Below are positions 41,842 to 51,957 of a stretch of 64,000 bases of DNA, piece after piece; positions within the stretch are counted from its first letter, which is position 1, and every line of letters starts with the position of its first letter. The position numbers and the translations under genes are program-made. The notes under the pieces are model-generated. The model had not been told where the DNA came from and did no database searches. It saw only the letters and a list, made by a program, of their open reading frames with translations. This DNA comes from Desulfosudaceae bacterium. GTDB taxonomy: Bacteria; Desulfobacterota; Desulfobacteria; Desulfobacterales; Desulfosudaceae. The stretch lies in assembly GCA_963674745.2 (NCBI GenBank), contig CAXXDV010000003.1, positions 1,760,001-1,824,000 on the forward strand, read 5' to 3'.

Positions 41842-44652
41842 TTATTCAGGCACACCGGTCTCCCTGTCATGTTCAGAGTCATAAGTCCACAAAAACCACC
41901 CGCCTTCATAGTTTGCGGCAGGCCAGCCAAGCAGATAAGCATAAAAGGTATATTGCGCTGATCGGGCGCCACCGCCGCAATAAAAATACATTTTTTTATC
42001 GGGTGACAGGCCGAGTTCTCTCCAATTGGATTCTGCAATGGTATAAGTTATAAACGACTGATTATTGTCACGTGGGCGTGCAATATCATACCAGTCGCCT
42101 ATCCATACAGCGGTCGGAATCCGGCCGTATTCTTCAAACCACCAGTAGTATGAATTCGTCTCACCGGTATATTCATCCCAGGCCCGGTCATCAACAATCA
42201 CCGAATCATGATCGATACCGTCAACAACATCTTCGACGTCTTCGGTCGTTGCCAGGTATTCCAGGTTCCCCTGTGATTCACCAAAATCCGCGACAGGGGC
42301 CCAGGCAGTCGGTCCTGTCTCGACCATGTATCCGCCTGCCACCCAGGCATCATATCCGCCGTTCAAAATGCGCACATCATCAACCCCGGCATACAAAAGA
42401 CCCCAGGCGATTCGTCCCGCGGTCATGGGCGTAATATCGTCGTCCGCGTAAACAACAACGGTCGTATCCTTTGTAATACCCATACTTGCGAAAAGGGCTT
42501 GAAGATCCGGAAGCGCTTTTACATAAGACTCACTCGGACTTGCATATCCGTCTCCATACTCGGAGCCTGGGCCGGTTTCTATGGAGTACGTATCCAGAAA
42601 TATCGCACCCGGGATATGCCCTTCCGTGGCAAAGGGGGTTCCGGTACCGGTAGTGGATACCTCGTTTGTTTCCCATCGCGGCCACCATGATGTAAAGACA
42701 ACGACATATCCGTTTCCGGGATATGTCGGCGGATTTTCGTCATTAATCAGCTGGTCTACCCAGTCCGGATACACCAGGGCCTGGTAATTGGCCATCTGTT
42801 CCATGGGGTAACAGGCGGGACAGTCAACAGAAGCCGTCGCCCAATCCATAATTGAGCCGTCATAATTTGAAGCCCGATCATATCCCATGAGGCGACAGAG
42901 GAAATACGCAAAACCACTGCGAATACCGATCGTGCAGTAGGATGCAACCTCCTTGTCTTTTGTTACCCCCCGGGATTCGTACAAATCCTTCATTTCAGTA
43001 TATGGCAGAAGGGTCTTGTCGGATTGAAAATTCCATTCATACGGGATCTGAACCGCACCGGTAATATGGCCGCCCCGGGCCTCCCCATATAATGTCCAGC
43101 CGTTGTATTCCTCATCGGTACGGGTATCGATGATCACGAAATCATTATCACCCATCCGGTTTTTAATATGCGCCCTGGTCGAGGTTGCATCTGAATCTGC
43201 CAGCGCTGTAAATGTTGCCCCGGGAAGGACATTAGCGGTTGTCTCCGCCTGGTTGCCGTCAGCTGCCCATTTATCCCAGCCGCCGTTCAAAATACTGACA
43301 TGACTGCATCCCAGCGACTCAAACATCCAGAACAAACGACCTGACGCGCCCCAGGAGGTGGTGGTATCGTCATAGATAATCATCCGGGACGTCCTGGTCA
43401 ACCCGGACTGCCCCAGCAAAATCTCAAGTTGCCCGACCGGTAAAAGCATATTATCCGCATCAACGAACGTCTGCCAGCGCAGGTTCAAAGCACCCGGAAT
43501 ATGGCCGTCATTATATGCATCCTCGCTTCTGGCATCCAAAATAATGACATCGGAGGAATTTAAATCATCGGCATCTGCCAGGAGGCTGTCGTTTGGATAT
43601 CTGCCCGGATCCCCTGTTTCAACCGGACGGGTCGGATCAGCGATCCAGTCGTACCACCCGGAATCCCAGTTCTTAACATCAATATAACCCATCATATAAG
43701 CATACCAGCAGGCGAATCCCGATCTCTGGCCGATGGTACAGATAAACGCAATCGTCTTGCTGTCCGTTACGCCAAGCGCTTCCAGCTCGGTCCTGACCTC
43801 ATCGAAATCACGCAGCATGGCATCTTCGCCGTCAACGCCGCCTTCGATCATACTGAGGTACGGATAATACAAGGAACCGGGAACGCGGCCGGGCGTGCTG
43901 ATGTATGAATGATAATCGTCCGCGCCGATATATTCGTCCCAGGTACGGGTATCCAGCATGATGGCACCGTCCGGATCATTCATGTAAGTTTCCATATCAG
44001 CGGTCGTGGCATTATATTTCGATAATGTCGGATCAGGTATTATTCCGGTGTACGTGACAGGTGTCCTGGCGTTTATTGCGGTTTCAACGGTTCCGCCATA
44101 TGCCTCCCAGGCGGTCACGCCGCCGTTTAATACGCGTACGTCTTCAACGCCTACACACATCAGCGCCCAGGCAACCCTGCCGTAGAGCGTTGCCCATTTA
44201 CTGCAGATCACTACGGTCATATCATGCTCAATACCGATTTCTTCCAGTTTGGCCTTCATTTCAGCCGGTGCCTTAAGGTTGCCACCGTCTGGTGTGGTCG
44301 GATTTTTTGTTTCTTCCTTATTTAACTCCCACCAGCTCACAGGGATGGCGCCCGGCACGTGACCGGCATCATATCCCCCTCCCCAGTTATCAAGATCAAT
44401 AATAATATATCCTTTTCCGGGGTAGTCATCAGGCGTTCCCGCTTTCCCGGGATTACCGCCTTTTATCAGCGCATCAACCCAGGCCGGGGTGACCAGCATT
44501 TTATGCATTCGTGTGTCATTGGTATTACCATCAATTTTTTTACTGCTGCTGCTACTGCCCCCTGTGCCGATGATGGCCACCAGGCCGATCAGAACAATCA
44601 AAAGCATAAAAGTATACCGCAAGATATTAGAAAAATGGACATTTCTCTTCAT
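41842..44652 (-). CDS. Exported multi-rhodanese sulfurtransferase (three tandem rhodanese pairs)
   Basis: Repeated GHxPGA and LNGG motifs; catalytic loops CTIGQRS, CTIGIRS and CGGGARS; start MKRN after AAGGAG. Confidence 0.88.
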   Translation of the reverse strand: MKRNVHFSNILRYTFMLLIVLIGLVAIIGTGGSSSSSKKIDGNTNDTRMHKMLVTPAWVDALIKGGNPGKAGTPDDYPGKGYIIIDLDNWGGGYDAGHVPGAIPVSWWELNKEETKNPTTPDGGNLKAPAEMKAKLEEIGIEHDMTVVICSKWATLYGRVAWALMCVGVEDVRVLNGGVTAWEAYGGTVETAINARTPVTYTGIIPDPTLSKYNATTADMETYMNDPDGAIMLDTRTWDEYIGADDYHSYISTPGRVPGSLYYPYLSMIEGGVDGEDAMLRDFDEVRTELEALGVTDSKTIAFICTIGQRSGFACWYAYMMGYIDVKNWDSGWYDWIADPTRPVETGDPGRYPNDSLLADADDLNSSDVIILDARSEDAYNDGHIPGALNLRWQTFVDADNMLLPVGQLEILLGQSGLTRTSRMIIYDDTTTSWGASGRLFWMFESLGCSHVSILNGGWDKWAADGNQAETTANVLPGATFTALADSDATSTRAHIKNRMGDNDFVIIDTRTDEEYNGWTLYGEARGGHITGAVQIPYEWNFQSDKTLLPYTEMKDLYESRGVTKDKEVASYCTIGIRSGFAYFLCRLMGYDRASNYDGSIMDWATASVDCPACYPMEQMANYQALVYPDWVDQLINDENPPTYPGNGYVVVFTSWWPRWETNEVSTTGTGTPFATEGHIPGAIFLDTYSIETGPGSEYGDGYASPSESYVKALPDLQALFASMGITKDTTVVVYADDDITPMTAGRIAWGLLYAGVDDVRILNGGYDAWVAGGYMVETGPTAWAPVADFGESQGNLEYLATTEDVEDVVDGIDHDSVIVDDRAWDEYTGETNSYYWWFEEYGRIPTAVWIGDWYDIARPRDNNQSFITYTIAESNWRELGLSPDKKMYFYCGGGARSAQYTFYAYLLGWPAANYEGGWFLWTYDSEHDRETGVPE

Positions 44653-44758
44653 AGCTGACTCCTTTGTCATAGCCGGGTAGTCCCGGTCAGATTTTTATTA
44701 CACTAATGAAGCCCTCGAAAACCGGTGCTCAAAAGATGTATGATGCCGTGAAATGTGT

Positions 44759-44834
44759 AGATTAAGACGTGGAGAGGCAGATTGTCCAATACTAAATATT
44801 GATATTAAAAATTTTTAAAATAGTTTTTATCTAT
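44759..44834 (-). promoter_or_regulatory. Promoter with two LysR-like boxes (island promoter 2)
   Basis: ATAGATAAAAACTAT, 16 nt, ATCAATATTTAGTAT, TGGACA, 18 nt, TAATCT. Confidence 0.55.
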
Positions 44835-44839
44835 AGATA

Positions 44840-45700
44840 CTAAGGCACCATTTTATTCCACTCGGCCGTGCCGCCTTCAAAATTGACTGCCGAAGGAGAC
44901 CCGGCCATTTGATGGACCAACCAGGCATACCCGGACCTGATACCGCCCGTGCAGTAGTACACGACGGTCCCGTCCGGTTTGATATCATCATTTGCCAGCA
45001 GTGATTTTAGTTCGGAACGGCCGATCGGTTGCCGGTGTGGACCGGTAAAAAATTTTTCCCATGAGATATGCACGGAATCAGGAATGCGCCCTTTGATCCA
45101 CTCAAAAGTCGAACGGGTATCGACCAGCTGATAAGACGATGGATCGTTTCGAATTTCTTGTGCCGAGATGTTAAGCGAGGGGTTAATCTGATAATGATAG
45201 ACAGATGCCGCTTTATTCAAATTTTTTGCACCGGTTTTCACAGAAAGTCCCTTACCGGTCCAGGCCTGTATACCGCCATTGAGCAGGCGGACCTTGCCCT
45301 GATGACCGATCCAGGCCAAGGCCCAGCAGGCCCAACCTTCTCCGCCCCAACTTGTATCGGCGTCTCCGTAAACAACAAGAGCGGCGTTTTCGCTTATTCC
45401 CATTTCACCCAGTGCTTCAGCCAGCTGATCGGGCGGAAATGTCCGGTAAGGTATGCCTTTTTCGTCGGTTCTGGTATAGTCCTCCCAGCAAAAGGAAGCT
45501 GCTCCGGGTATATGACCGGCCTGCCATTCTTTTTGGGGTCTTGCGTCCAGAATAGTCCAGGCCGAAAGGGTTTGACTCAATTCACCCGTTTCGATTAAAC
45601 CAAGATCAAATGCCTGAGATTTCCCGGGGACTGCAAAATAAGCTGATAATGCAAAAACAATCGCCATGACAAATGCTTTTCGATATAAAAACGTGTACAT
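44840..45700 (-). CDS. Exported two-domain rhodanese/sulfurtransferase
   Basis: Signal peptide, GHIPGA, YCTGGIRS; GGGAG RBS. Confidence 0.9.
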   Translation of the reverse strand: MYTFLYRKAFVMAIVFALSAYFAVPGKSQAFDLGLIETGELSQTLSAWTILDARPQKEWQAGHIPGAASFCWEDYTRTDEKGIPYRTFPPDQLAEALGEMGISENAALVVYGDADTSWGGEGWACWALAWIGHQGKVRLLNGGIQAWTGKGLSVKTGAKNLNKAASVYHYQINPSLNISAQEIRNDPSSYQLVDTRSTFEWIKGRIPDSVHISWEKFFTGPHRQPIGRSELKSLLANDDIKPDGTVVYYCTGGIRSGYAWLVHQMAGSPSAVNFEGGTAEWNKMVP

Positions 45701-47072
45701 AATCAGTCTCCCGCTGATAATTTTTTTGTCCTATTTGATGGCGGCACGGTTGCCGGATTTACGTTTTTCTATTCCCGAGCTGATCGGCTTCAACACCTTG
45801 ATTATCATACTTCTGGCATTGATTCCTGTTCTGAACAAGCAGATTCAGACAGGCTGGTCTCCCGGTTTCATCCTCCTTGTGTCGGCTATCCTGCGCCTGA
45901 TGTTTATATGGCGCATTCCCGAGCTTTCGGATGATATTTTCCGGTACCTTTTTGACGGTCTTATGTCCCTCCATGGGAATAATCCCTACGCAGCCGCACC
46001 TGCGGATATGCTGACAAAGGCCCCATACCTGCAATCGATGATCTCCCGGATCAACCACCCGCACCTTCCAACCATTTATCCGCCTGCGGCCCAGTTTGTG
46101 TTTACCGTAGGCGCCGGTATCGGTGGGATAACGGGCATGAAACTATGTCTGGTCGTGATTGATCTGCTGAGCTGCGCGCTGATAATAATGATCTTAAACA
46201 AACTTGAACTCGATCGCGCCAATGCCGTCCTGTATGCCTGGCATCCCCTGCCGGTCATTGAAGTCGCCGCCTCCGGCCACGTTGACGCAGCCGGAATCTT
46301 CTTCCTTTATTTAACACTGGCCGTCATTATTTCTCTGAAGATCGGCAGCCGACAGAAAAAAAGCGCGCCTGGCAAAACATTACGGTCTCATTCATCAAAA
46401 TCATGGGCCTGTTTCGCCGGACTGATATTTGCCCTGGCGGTTTTGACCAAATGGGCGCCTTTAATGTTTCTGCCAGGTATTCTGCTGTTAATACCTTCCG
46501 GTTCCAGAAAATTCGCAACCCTTGGTTTTCTATCCGCTGCCATCACAATGATCGCCTTTTTCCTGCCTGAAATTACAAACAGTTTTCATACCCTTTCCGT
46601 GTTCACGGCCAACTGGGAATTTTCCGGATTTATCTTCCGTTCACTAAGGGCAATTACCGGCTCCGGGCAAGCGGCCCGGATGTTTATCGTTACAGGATTT
46701 ACAATTATCTCGGTAATCATCTATGGCCGCTTTCTTAAAACACGCCGGTCACCAGCGCTTTTTCGAACAAGAATGTTATTCAAAACATTTTATTTTCTGT
46801 CCATAACGTTCCTGCTGCTGACCCCCACGCTTCATCCCTGGTATGCCCTGTACCTGGCCGCTTTTCTGCCGTTTGCGGCCGGACCCGCCGGAATCGTCTT
46901 TTCCTGGTCTGTCTTTCTCGCCTACCGGGTGCTTTTATTGTACGGCGTGACCGGGCAATGGGTTGAAAACGATTTTATTCCGTTTCTTATTTTTATCGGA
47001 CCGGTAAGCGCGTTTTGCGCCAGCTCAATAATCCGCATGTTGACCGGCAAAAAACATTCGGTTCAGCCCTGA
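45666..47072 (+). CDS. GT-C membrane glycosyltransferase (GT87/DUF2029-like)
   Basis: LSDDIFRYLFDG, TIYPP, YAWHPL, GHVD, HPWY; true start may be 45738. Confidence 0.8.
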   Translation: MTNAFRYKNVYIISLPLIIFLSYLMAARLPDLRFSIPELIGFNTLIIILLALIPVLNKQIQTGWSPGFILLVSAILRLMFIWRIPELSDDIFRYLFDGLMSLHGNNPYAAAPADMLTKAPYLQSMISRINHPHLPTIYPPAAQFVFTVGAGIGGITGMKLCLVVIDLLSCALIIMILNKLELDRANAVLYAWHPLPVIEVAASGHVDAAGIFFLYLTLAVIISLKIGSRQKKSAPGKTLRSHSSKSWACFAGLIFALAVLTKWAPLMFLPGILLLIPSGSRKFATLGFLSAAITMIAFFLPEITNSFHTLSVFTANWEFSGFIFRSLRAITGSGQAARMFIVTGFTIISVIIYGRFLKTRRSPALFRTRMLFKTFYFLSITFLLLTPTLHPWYALYLAAFLPFAAGPAGIVFSWSVFLAYRVLLLYGVTGQWVENDFIPFLIFIGPVSAFCASSIIRMLTGKKHSVQP

Positions 47073-47086
47073 TATTTCATGCTTAC

Positions 47087-47230
47087 GGGGGCACGGCACG
47101 CCGTGCCCCTACGGCAAGCCGTACCCGGATACCGTACCCGTTTGCGGAACGCAATAATGTAGGGGCACGGCGTGCCGTGCCCTATGGCGTGCCGTGCCCT
47201 ATCATCGGGCGACCGCGGGTCGCCCCTACA
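47087..47230. repeat. Cluster of GTAG-type REPs
   Basis: GGGCACGGCACGCCGTGCCCCTAC, GTAGGGGCACGGCGTGCCGTGCCC, GGGCGACCGCGGGTCGCCCCTAC; another copy at 48180-48203. Confidence 0.8.
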
Positions 47231-47303
47231 GCGGCCAGCGACACAGCAGAGGGAGCCAGGGGCTCGGGTTCAAGGTGAATCGCCCGGGCTATTATTTTCG
47301 GGG

Positions 47304-48149
47304 TCAGGGCATCTGATATGTGACCGCCACTGACCAGTTTTCCCCGGCGGAAATGTTTTTGCCGTATATCTCTTTACGGTACCCAAGTTCCGTTCCCCAG
47401 TTATCGGAAATTTTAAATCCCAGGACCGCTTCCAGTTTACCCAGGTCATAATCATACGTGGCACTTGGATTGTCGCTGAAGGCGGACCTTTTTTCGGCAT
47501 TGCCCATGCCGTAAGTGCCGTCCAGCTTAATCCGGCCATATAGTTTTTTCGTAAGATCAGCACCGAACTCAAGCAGGTATTTCAGTTCATCAGCCGGCGC
47601 TTCTGCCCGGAACCGGTAACCGGATTCGAGGTTCAAGTAGCCCGGGAAATGCGGATACAAGGACTGACCATACAGAAACCGGAATTCATAATCATACTGA
47701 GCGTTTCCCAATGGAACCGCGTCGTCTTCATCATAGGCTTCCGGGATCTTGATCAATGTCTGTATCGAGCAAACGCCGCCGTTTTTCTCAAACAGGCGGT
47801 ATTTGAGCCCCAGTTCCAGGTCCGAAAATCCGCTTGTTTCATTGCTGATCAGGTCATTTTCATATTCCAGCCATTTATGTGACCAGGAACCGATGACCGT
47901 CAGGTTGTCGGCCAGACCGTATTCCAGATAAAGACTTATGTTGTCATCGCTGAACTCACCATCGTCGGTAAAATCTTCTTTACTGCCGCCGTTATCAAAA
48001 TTTTCGTCGGCCGTGTAGTTATTGGCCGTTATTTGTGCGTACAGGCCGCCTTTATCTCGGGTCCAGGCACCGGCAAAGACAGGTCCGGCAATAAAGACCG
48101 AGATCAAAGCGCTTAAGAATAAAATTTTTACTGGTCTGTAATCAGACAT
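47304..48149 (-). CDS. Putative outer-membrane beta-barrel protein
   Basis: Signal peptide ending AGAW; YLEYGL; beta-strand pattern; start MSDY after AAGGAG. Confidence 0.65.
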   Translation of the reverse strand: MSDYRPVKILFLSALISVFIAGPVFAGAWTRDKGGLYAQITANNYTADENFDNGGSKEDFTDDGEFSDDNISLYLEYGLADNLTVIGSWSHKWLEYENDLISNETSGFSDLELGLKYRLFEKNGGVCSIQTLIKIPEAYDEDDAVPLGNAQYDYEFRFLYGQSLYPHFPGYLNLESGYRFRAEAPADELKYLLEFGADLTKKLYGRIKLDGTYGMGNAEKRSAFSDNPSATYDYDLGKLEAVLGFKISDNWGTELGYRKEIYGKNISAGENWSVAVTYQMP

Positions 48150-48273
48150 TTGGGTTTTCTCCTTTTCCAACCATCTTAAGGGCACGGCACGCCGTGCCCC
48201 TACATTCATTTGCGTTCTGTATAGGGCATGATACGCGGTCCCCATACATGAATTTTCGTCCTGCACCAAATTA

Positions 48274-50121
48274 TTATTTTCCCCTGGAACGAACATAGCG
48301 GTAGACCACGGGCAGCAGCATCACTGCGCCGATTAGGGCGAGACCGACGCCAAAGGCCGGTGAGACCCTGCCCCGGACCAGGTCCGGCAGGGAACTTGAA
48401 AATACAATAAAGGCAATGCAGGCCGGCAACATACATATAAACGAAACCACGGCATAATGAAGAAACGGTATAGCGGTCAGCCCGAAGGCATAGTTGAGTA
48501 AATTGAAAGGAAAAACAGGTATAAGCCTGGTAAAGGCCACAATTTTCCACCCATGCCGGGACACGCCTTCATCAAGTTTATTCCACCCGGGACCGGTCAG
48601 GCGCTGTTTGATCAGATCCCTGGCTGCGTACCGGGCGACTAGAAACGACAGGCTGGCGCCGGATGTGGCGCCGATAATGGCATACACCACACCCCAGAAA
48701 GGACCGAACAGAATACCGCCGACCACGGTGATGGGAAGGCCGGGCAGAAACAGGACCGGGGCAATTGTATAAATCAGTATATACAAAATGGGCGCGAATA
48801 CACCCCAGGATTCAACCCATTGACGAAGGTAGGCCTGATCCAGCAGGCGCGTCCCCCCGGCCATATTAAAAGCGCCGATAACGGCGGCCAGAAACAGCAG
48901 AATAAAAATCTGCTTGAAAGGTTTCTTCTTTGAGACCGGATCGGCTGAGAATGATCGTTCCCGCGTGACATCACCGGGCACATGCTTTTTAAAAAATTGT
49001 TTGAGACGTAAACGGTTAAGATATGTCAACGGGGATTTGGACACTTTGACCTTGCCTGATTCAACCGCCCCGGGATCTAAGACAGCGTCCAGAATATGAC
49101 ATACAGGCATCTGTTGATTCAGCCTGTCCGCGCATCCGGCGCAGTAGGTCAACAACATCCGGCCGTCTGCTTCCTCCCGGCGCCGGCCTGTCCAGTTGTT
49201 GGCTAACGCCGGAGAAACCAATCCGACACAGCCCCCTTCCCCGCAGCAGATGGTGTTGCCGCGCGCATGCAGCATATCCACAATGGAAAAACCTTTTGCC
49301 TCGGCCAGTTTTCTGACGGCTTTATGGATCTCTCCCCGTGTTCTGGTGACACAGGGATCATGGATGGATACAACCATACCGTCCTCAATTCGACCGGTAT
49401 CGGGCAAACCGTTCTGAGCCAGGACTTCATATACGGAAGTAACCTGAAGCGGTTCACCATATTCCTTAAACACGGTATAACAATTGGGACAGGCGGTAAT
49501 AATCTCTTTAATCCCGTGACCGACCAGAAAAATTTTCATTTCATCCATCATGGCCGAAAAATAATCCGAACGGCCCAGGTCATGTGACGGTTTGCAGCAG
49601 CAATCAAGCACCACACCCAGAACAGGATCCGTTTGTTTTAAATGTTCATAGATCGCGATGGTCTGATTCGGCCGGGATCCGGGCAGCGTACAACCGGGGA
49701 AAAAGACCGTATGACAGTCCCGGGGAAGACTGTAATAAGAAAATCGCCGGGATGCGCCCCGCCGTTCATAAGACATCAAAACCCCGTGTTCCGGCAACGG
49801 CGCCGTGTTACGATCGACCGCCTCTCTTCTCATCTCCAGGAACATTTTTTCCGGTTGCAGCCCGACAGGGCAGACCTGACCGCAAAGCCCGCACAGGCTG
49901 CATTCATAGGCCATTAACAACCAGCGGTTTTCAGCAGGATCGTAATTTAAAGCAATCTCACGTGGTGTTCCGTATTGCTCCAGAAAAGCGCACTCCGCCC
50001 GGCATTTGGGACAATCGATACAGCGCTGTTTCACATCGTCGATAAGCGTATCAAGCCCCGACCGGAAATCGGACTGACGTTTTTCGTTATTCTGCAGATT
50101 TTGATTTTTCATCTTTTCCAT
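48274..50121 (-). CDS. (Fe-S)-binding CCG oxidoreductase fused to a VTT/DedA (TVP38) domain
   Basis: CIDCPKC, CSLCGLCGQVCP, HDPC, CCGEGG; C-terminal RLIPVFPFNLLNY. Confidence 0.85.
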   Translation of the reverse strand: MEKMKNQNLQNNEKRQSDFRSGLDTLIDDVKQRCIDCPKCRAECAFLEQYGTPREIALNYDPAENRWLLMAYECSLCGLCGQVCPVGLQPEKMFLEMRREAVDRNTAPLPEHGVLMSYERRGASRRFSYYSLPRDCHTVFFPGCTLPGSRPNQTIAIYEHLKQTDPVLGVVLDCCCKPSHDLGRSDYFSAMMDEMKIFLVGHGIKEIITACPNCYTVFKEYGEPLQVTSVYEVLAQNGLPDTGRIEDGMVVSIHDPCVTRTRGEIHKAVRKLAEAKGFSIVDMLHARGNTICCGEGGCVGLVSPALANNWTGRRREEADGRMLLTYCAGCADRLNQQMPVCHILDAVLDPGAVESGKVKVSKSPLTYLNRLRLKQFFKKHVPGDVTRERSFSADPVSKKKPFKQIFILLFLAAVIGAFNMAGGTRLLDQAYLRQWVESWGVFAPILYILIYTIAPVLFLPGLPITVVGGILFGPFWGVVYAIIGATSGASLSFLVARYAARDLIKQRLTGPGWNKLDEGVSRHGWKIVAFTRLIPVFPFNLLNYAFGLTAIPFLHYAVVSFICMLPACIAFIVFSSSLPDLVRGRVSPAFGVGLALIGAVMLLPVVYRYVRSRGK

Positions 50122-50136
50122 ATATCATTTTTTTGT

Positions 50137-50211
50137 TTCATAGGCAGAAAGACCAAATAAGTCAAATTGAAATTATCAATAGCTTTATCCACACCTATAC
50201 ATAATTTCAAT
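50137..50211 (-). promoter_or_regulatory. Promoter with two LysR-like boxes (island promoter 3)
   Basis: ATTGAAATTATGTAT, 16 nt, ATTGATAATTTCAAT, TTGACT, 17 nt, TATGAA. Confidence 0.6.
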
Positions 50212-51736
50212 GTCGCACAAACCATTAGACAAACACCCGCCGATCATGCTACTTCCACTTTCCATGATTGCCTATTTGATTACGATCGGGGTTGTTTTAC
50301 ACATCATCAGCATGGCCGGGCTGATCGTTTTCGGATGCCACCGGTTATGGCTTCTTTTCTGCTGGTGGCGATCGACCGACGATTTACCGCCCCTGCCCGC
50401 GTACCCCGATCGACAGCCTCGCGTAACCATACAGATCCCCTTGTATAATGAACCGTCAGTGGCCGGCAGAATCATTGATGCCGTGGCCGGCATCTCCTGG
50501 CCCGCAGAACGACTGGACATACAGTTACTGGACGACTCCACCGATCAGACCAGACATATTGTTGACGACAGGGCCGCCTGCTGGGCGAAACAGGGGCGCT
50601 TTATCCAGGTGATTCGACGCAGGTCCAGGGACGGCTATAAAGCCGGCGCTCTGGCCCACGGGTTAAAATATGCAAAAGGTGAGTTTGTTGCCATATTTGA
50701 TGCTGATTTTGTTCCGCCGGCTGATTTTCTTAAAAAAACCATGCCGTATTTTTCTCGCCCGGATATCGGTATGGTTCAAGCCCGTTGGGGCTTTTTAAAC
50801 GCCGGATATTCTTTGTTGACACGCATCCAGGCCATGCTGCTGGCCCCCCATTTCAGTGTGGAACATAACGTCCGGTTCAGTCGTTCGCTTTTTTTCAATT
50901 TTAACGGCACTGCCGGTATCTGGCGCAAGTCCGCCATTGAAGACGCCGGTGGATGGCAGGCGGATACGGTCACAGAAGACCTGGATATCAGCTACCGGGC
51001 CCAGCTGGCCGGCTGGCGATTCGTTTATTTAAACGGCGTTGTGGTTCCATCCGAACTGCCGGTGTTCCTGTCTGATTTTCGCATTCAGCAGCAAAGATGG
51101 AGCAAGGGATCTATTCAGACCGCCAGAAAAATTCTGCCCCTGATCTGCAAATCCCGTTTACCTGTCGGTATTAAAATAGAAGCCTTCGCCCATCTGCTGG
51201 CAAACCTCTGCTGGCTGTTCGGGTTTTTCGCAACTCTCACGCTTTTCCCGCTGATTTTAAGCCGGGCGGGAATCGGGCCTTACCAGATTATCAGGATCGA
51301 TATCCCGGTATTTCTTTTCTCCGGCGGCGCTTTCTTGACTTATTATCTGGTTCATATCCTTTCAAACGGTCAAAGAGAATCGCTTCGATACCTGTTGTTT
51401 CTCCCGGCATTGAGTATCGGCCTGGCGCCATCTCTTTCGCTGGCGATTGTCAGCGGGCTGTTTTCAAACGGTGGGCACTTCAACCGTACGCCCAAGCTCG
51501 GCATCAGGGGAAAGTCAAACCATATAAAAATCGCTTTTACGGGAAAACGCCCCGGGACAGTCGTCTTTTTGATGGACCTGGTGCTGCTCGTTTATACTTT
51601 TGCCCCGATCGGGCTGGCCATTGACCGGGGAACCTGGATCGCAATCCCTTTTCTGTTTCTTTTTCCATCGGGGTTCCTGTTGGTCATCGGAAAAAGCCTG
51701 CACGAAAGTCTCTTTTCGCGGGTCAGGATTGATTAA
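50210..51736 (+). CDS. GT2 membrane glycosyltransferase (cellulose-synthase-like)
   Basis: PLYNE, DDSTD, KAGAL, FDADF, TED, QQQRW. Confidence 0.9.
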   Translation: MSHKPLDKHPPIMLLPLSMIAYLITIGVVLHIISMAGLIVFGCHRLWLLFCWWRSTDDLPPLPAYPDRQPRVTIQIPLYNEPSVAGRIIDAVAGISWPAERLDIQLLDDSTDQTRHIVDDRAACWAKQGRFIQVIRRRSRDGYKAGALAHGLKYAKGEFVAIFDADFVPPADFLKKTMPYFSRPDIGMVQARWGFLNAGYSLLTRIQAMLLAPHFSVEHNVRFSRSLFFNFNGTAGIWRKSAIEDAGGWQADTVTEDLDISYRAQLAGWRFVYLNGVVVPSELPVFLSDFRIQQQRWSKGSIQTARKILPLICKSRLPVGIKIEAFAHLLANLCWLFGFFATLTLFPLILSRAGIGPYQIIRIDIPVFLFSGGAFLTYYLVHILSNGQRESLRYLLFLPALSIGLAPSLSLAIVSGLFSNGGHFNRTPKLGIRGKSNHIKIAFTGKRPGTVVFLMDLVLLVYTFAPIGLAIDRGTWIAIPFLFLFPSGFLLVIGKSLHESLFSRVRID

Positions 51737-51816
51737 CCCGAAGATTTCACGAGTCGAATTTAATGCAACCATCCAGGGCCTTGGCCGCCTTCTGCAAGGC
51801 ACAGGGTTCTGCTATC

Positions 51817-51875
51817 GTAGGGGCACCCCCCTGTGGTTGCCCTTTTGCCGGGCAGGCACGGGGGCCTGCCCCTAC
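51817..51875. repeat. REP doublet
   Basis: GTAGGGGCACCCCCCTGTGGTTGCCC ... GGGCAGGCACGGGGGCCTGCCCCTAC. Confidence 0.8.
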
Positions 51876-51957
51876 AAAATCCGCGGACGAAATGCAAAAC
51901 ATCAGAAGGGGCAGGGGGATGGTTTAAGTTGATGCACCCGAAGAATAAAATGTTCGG

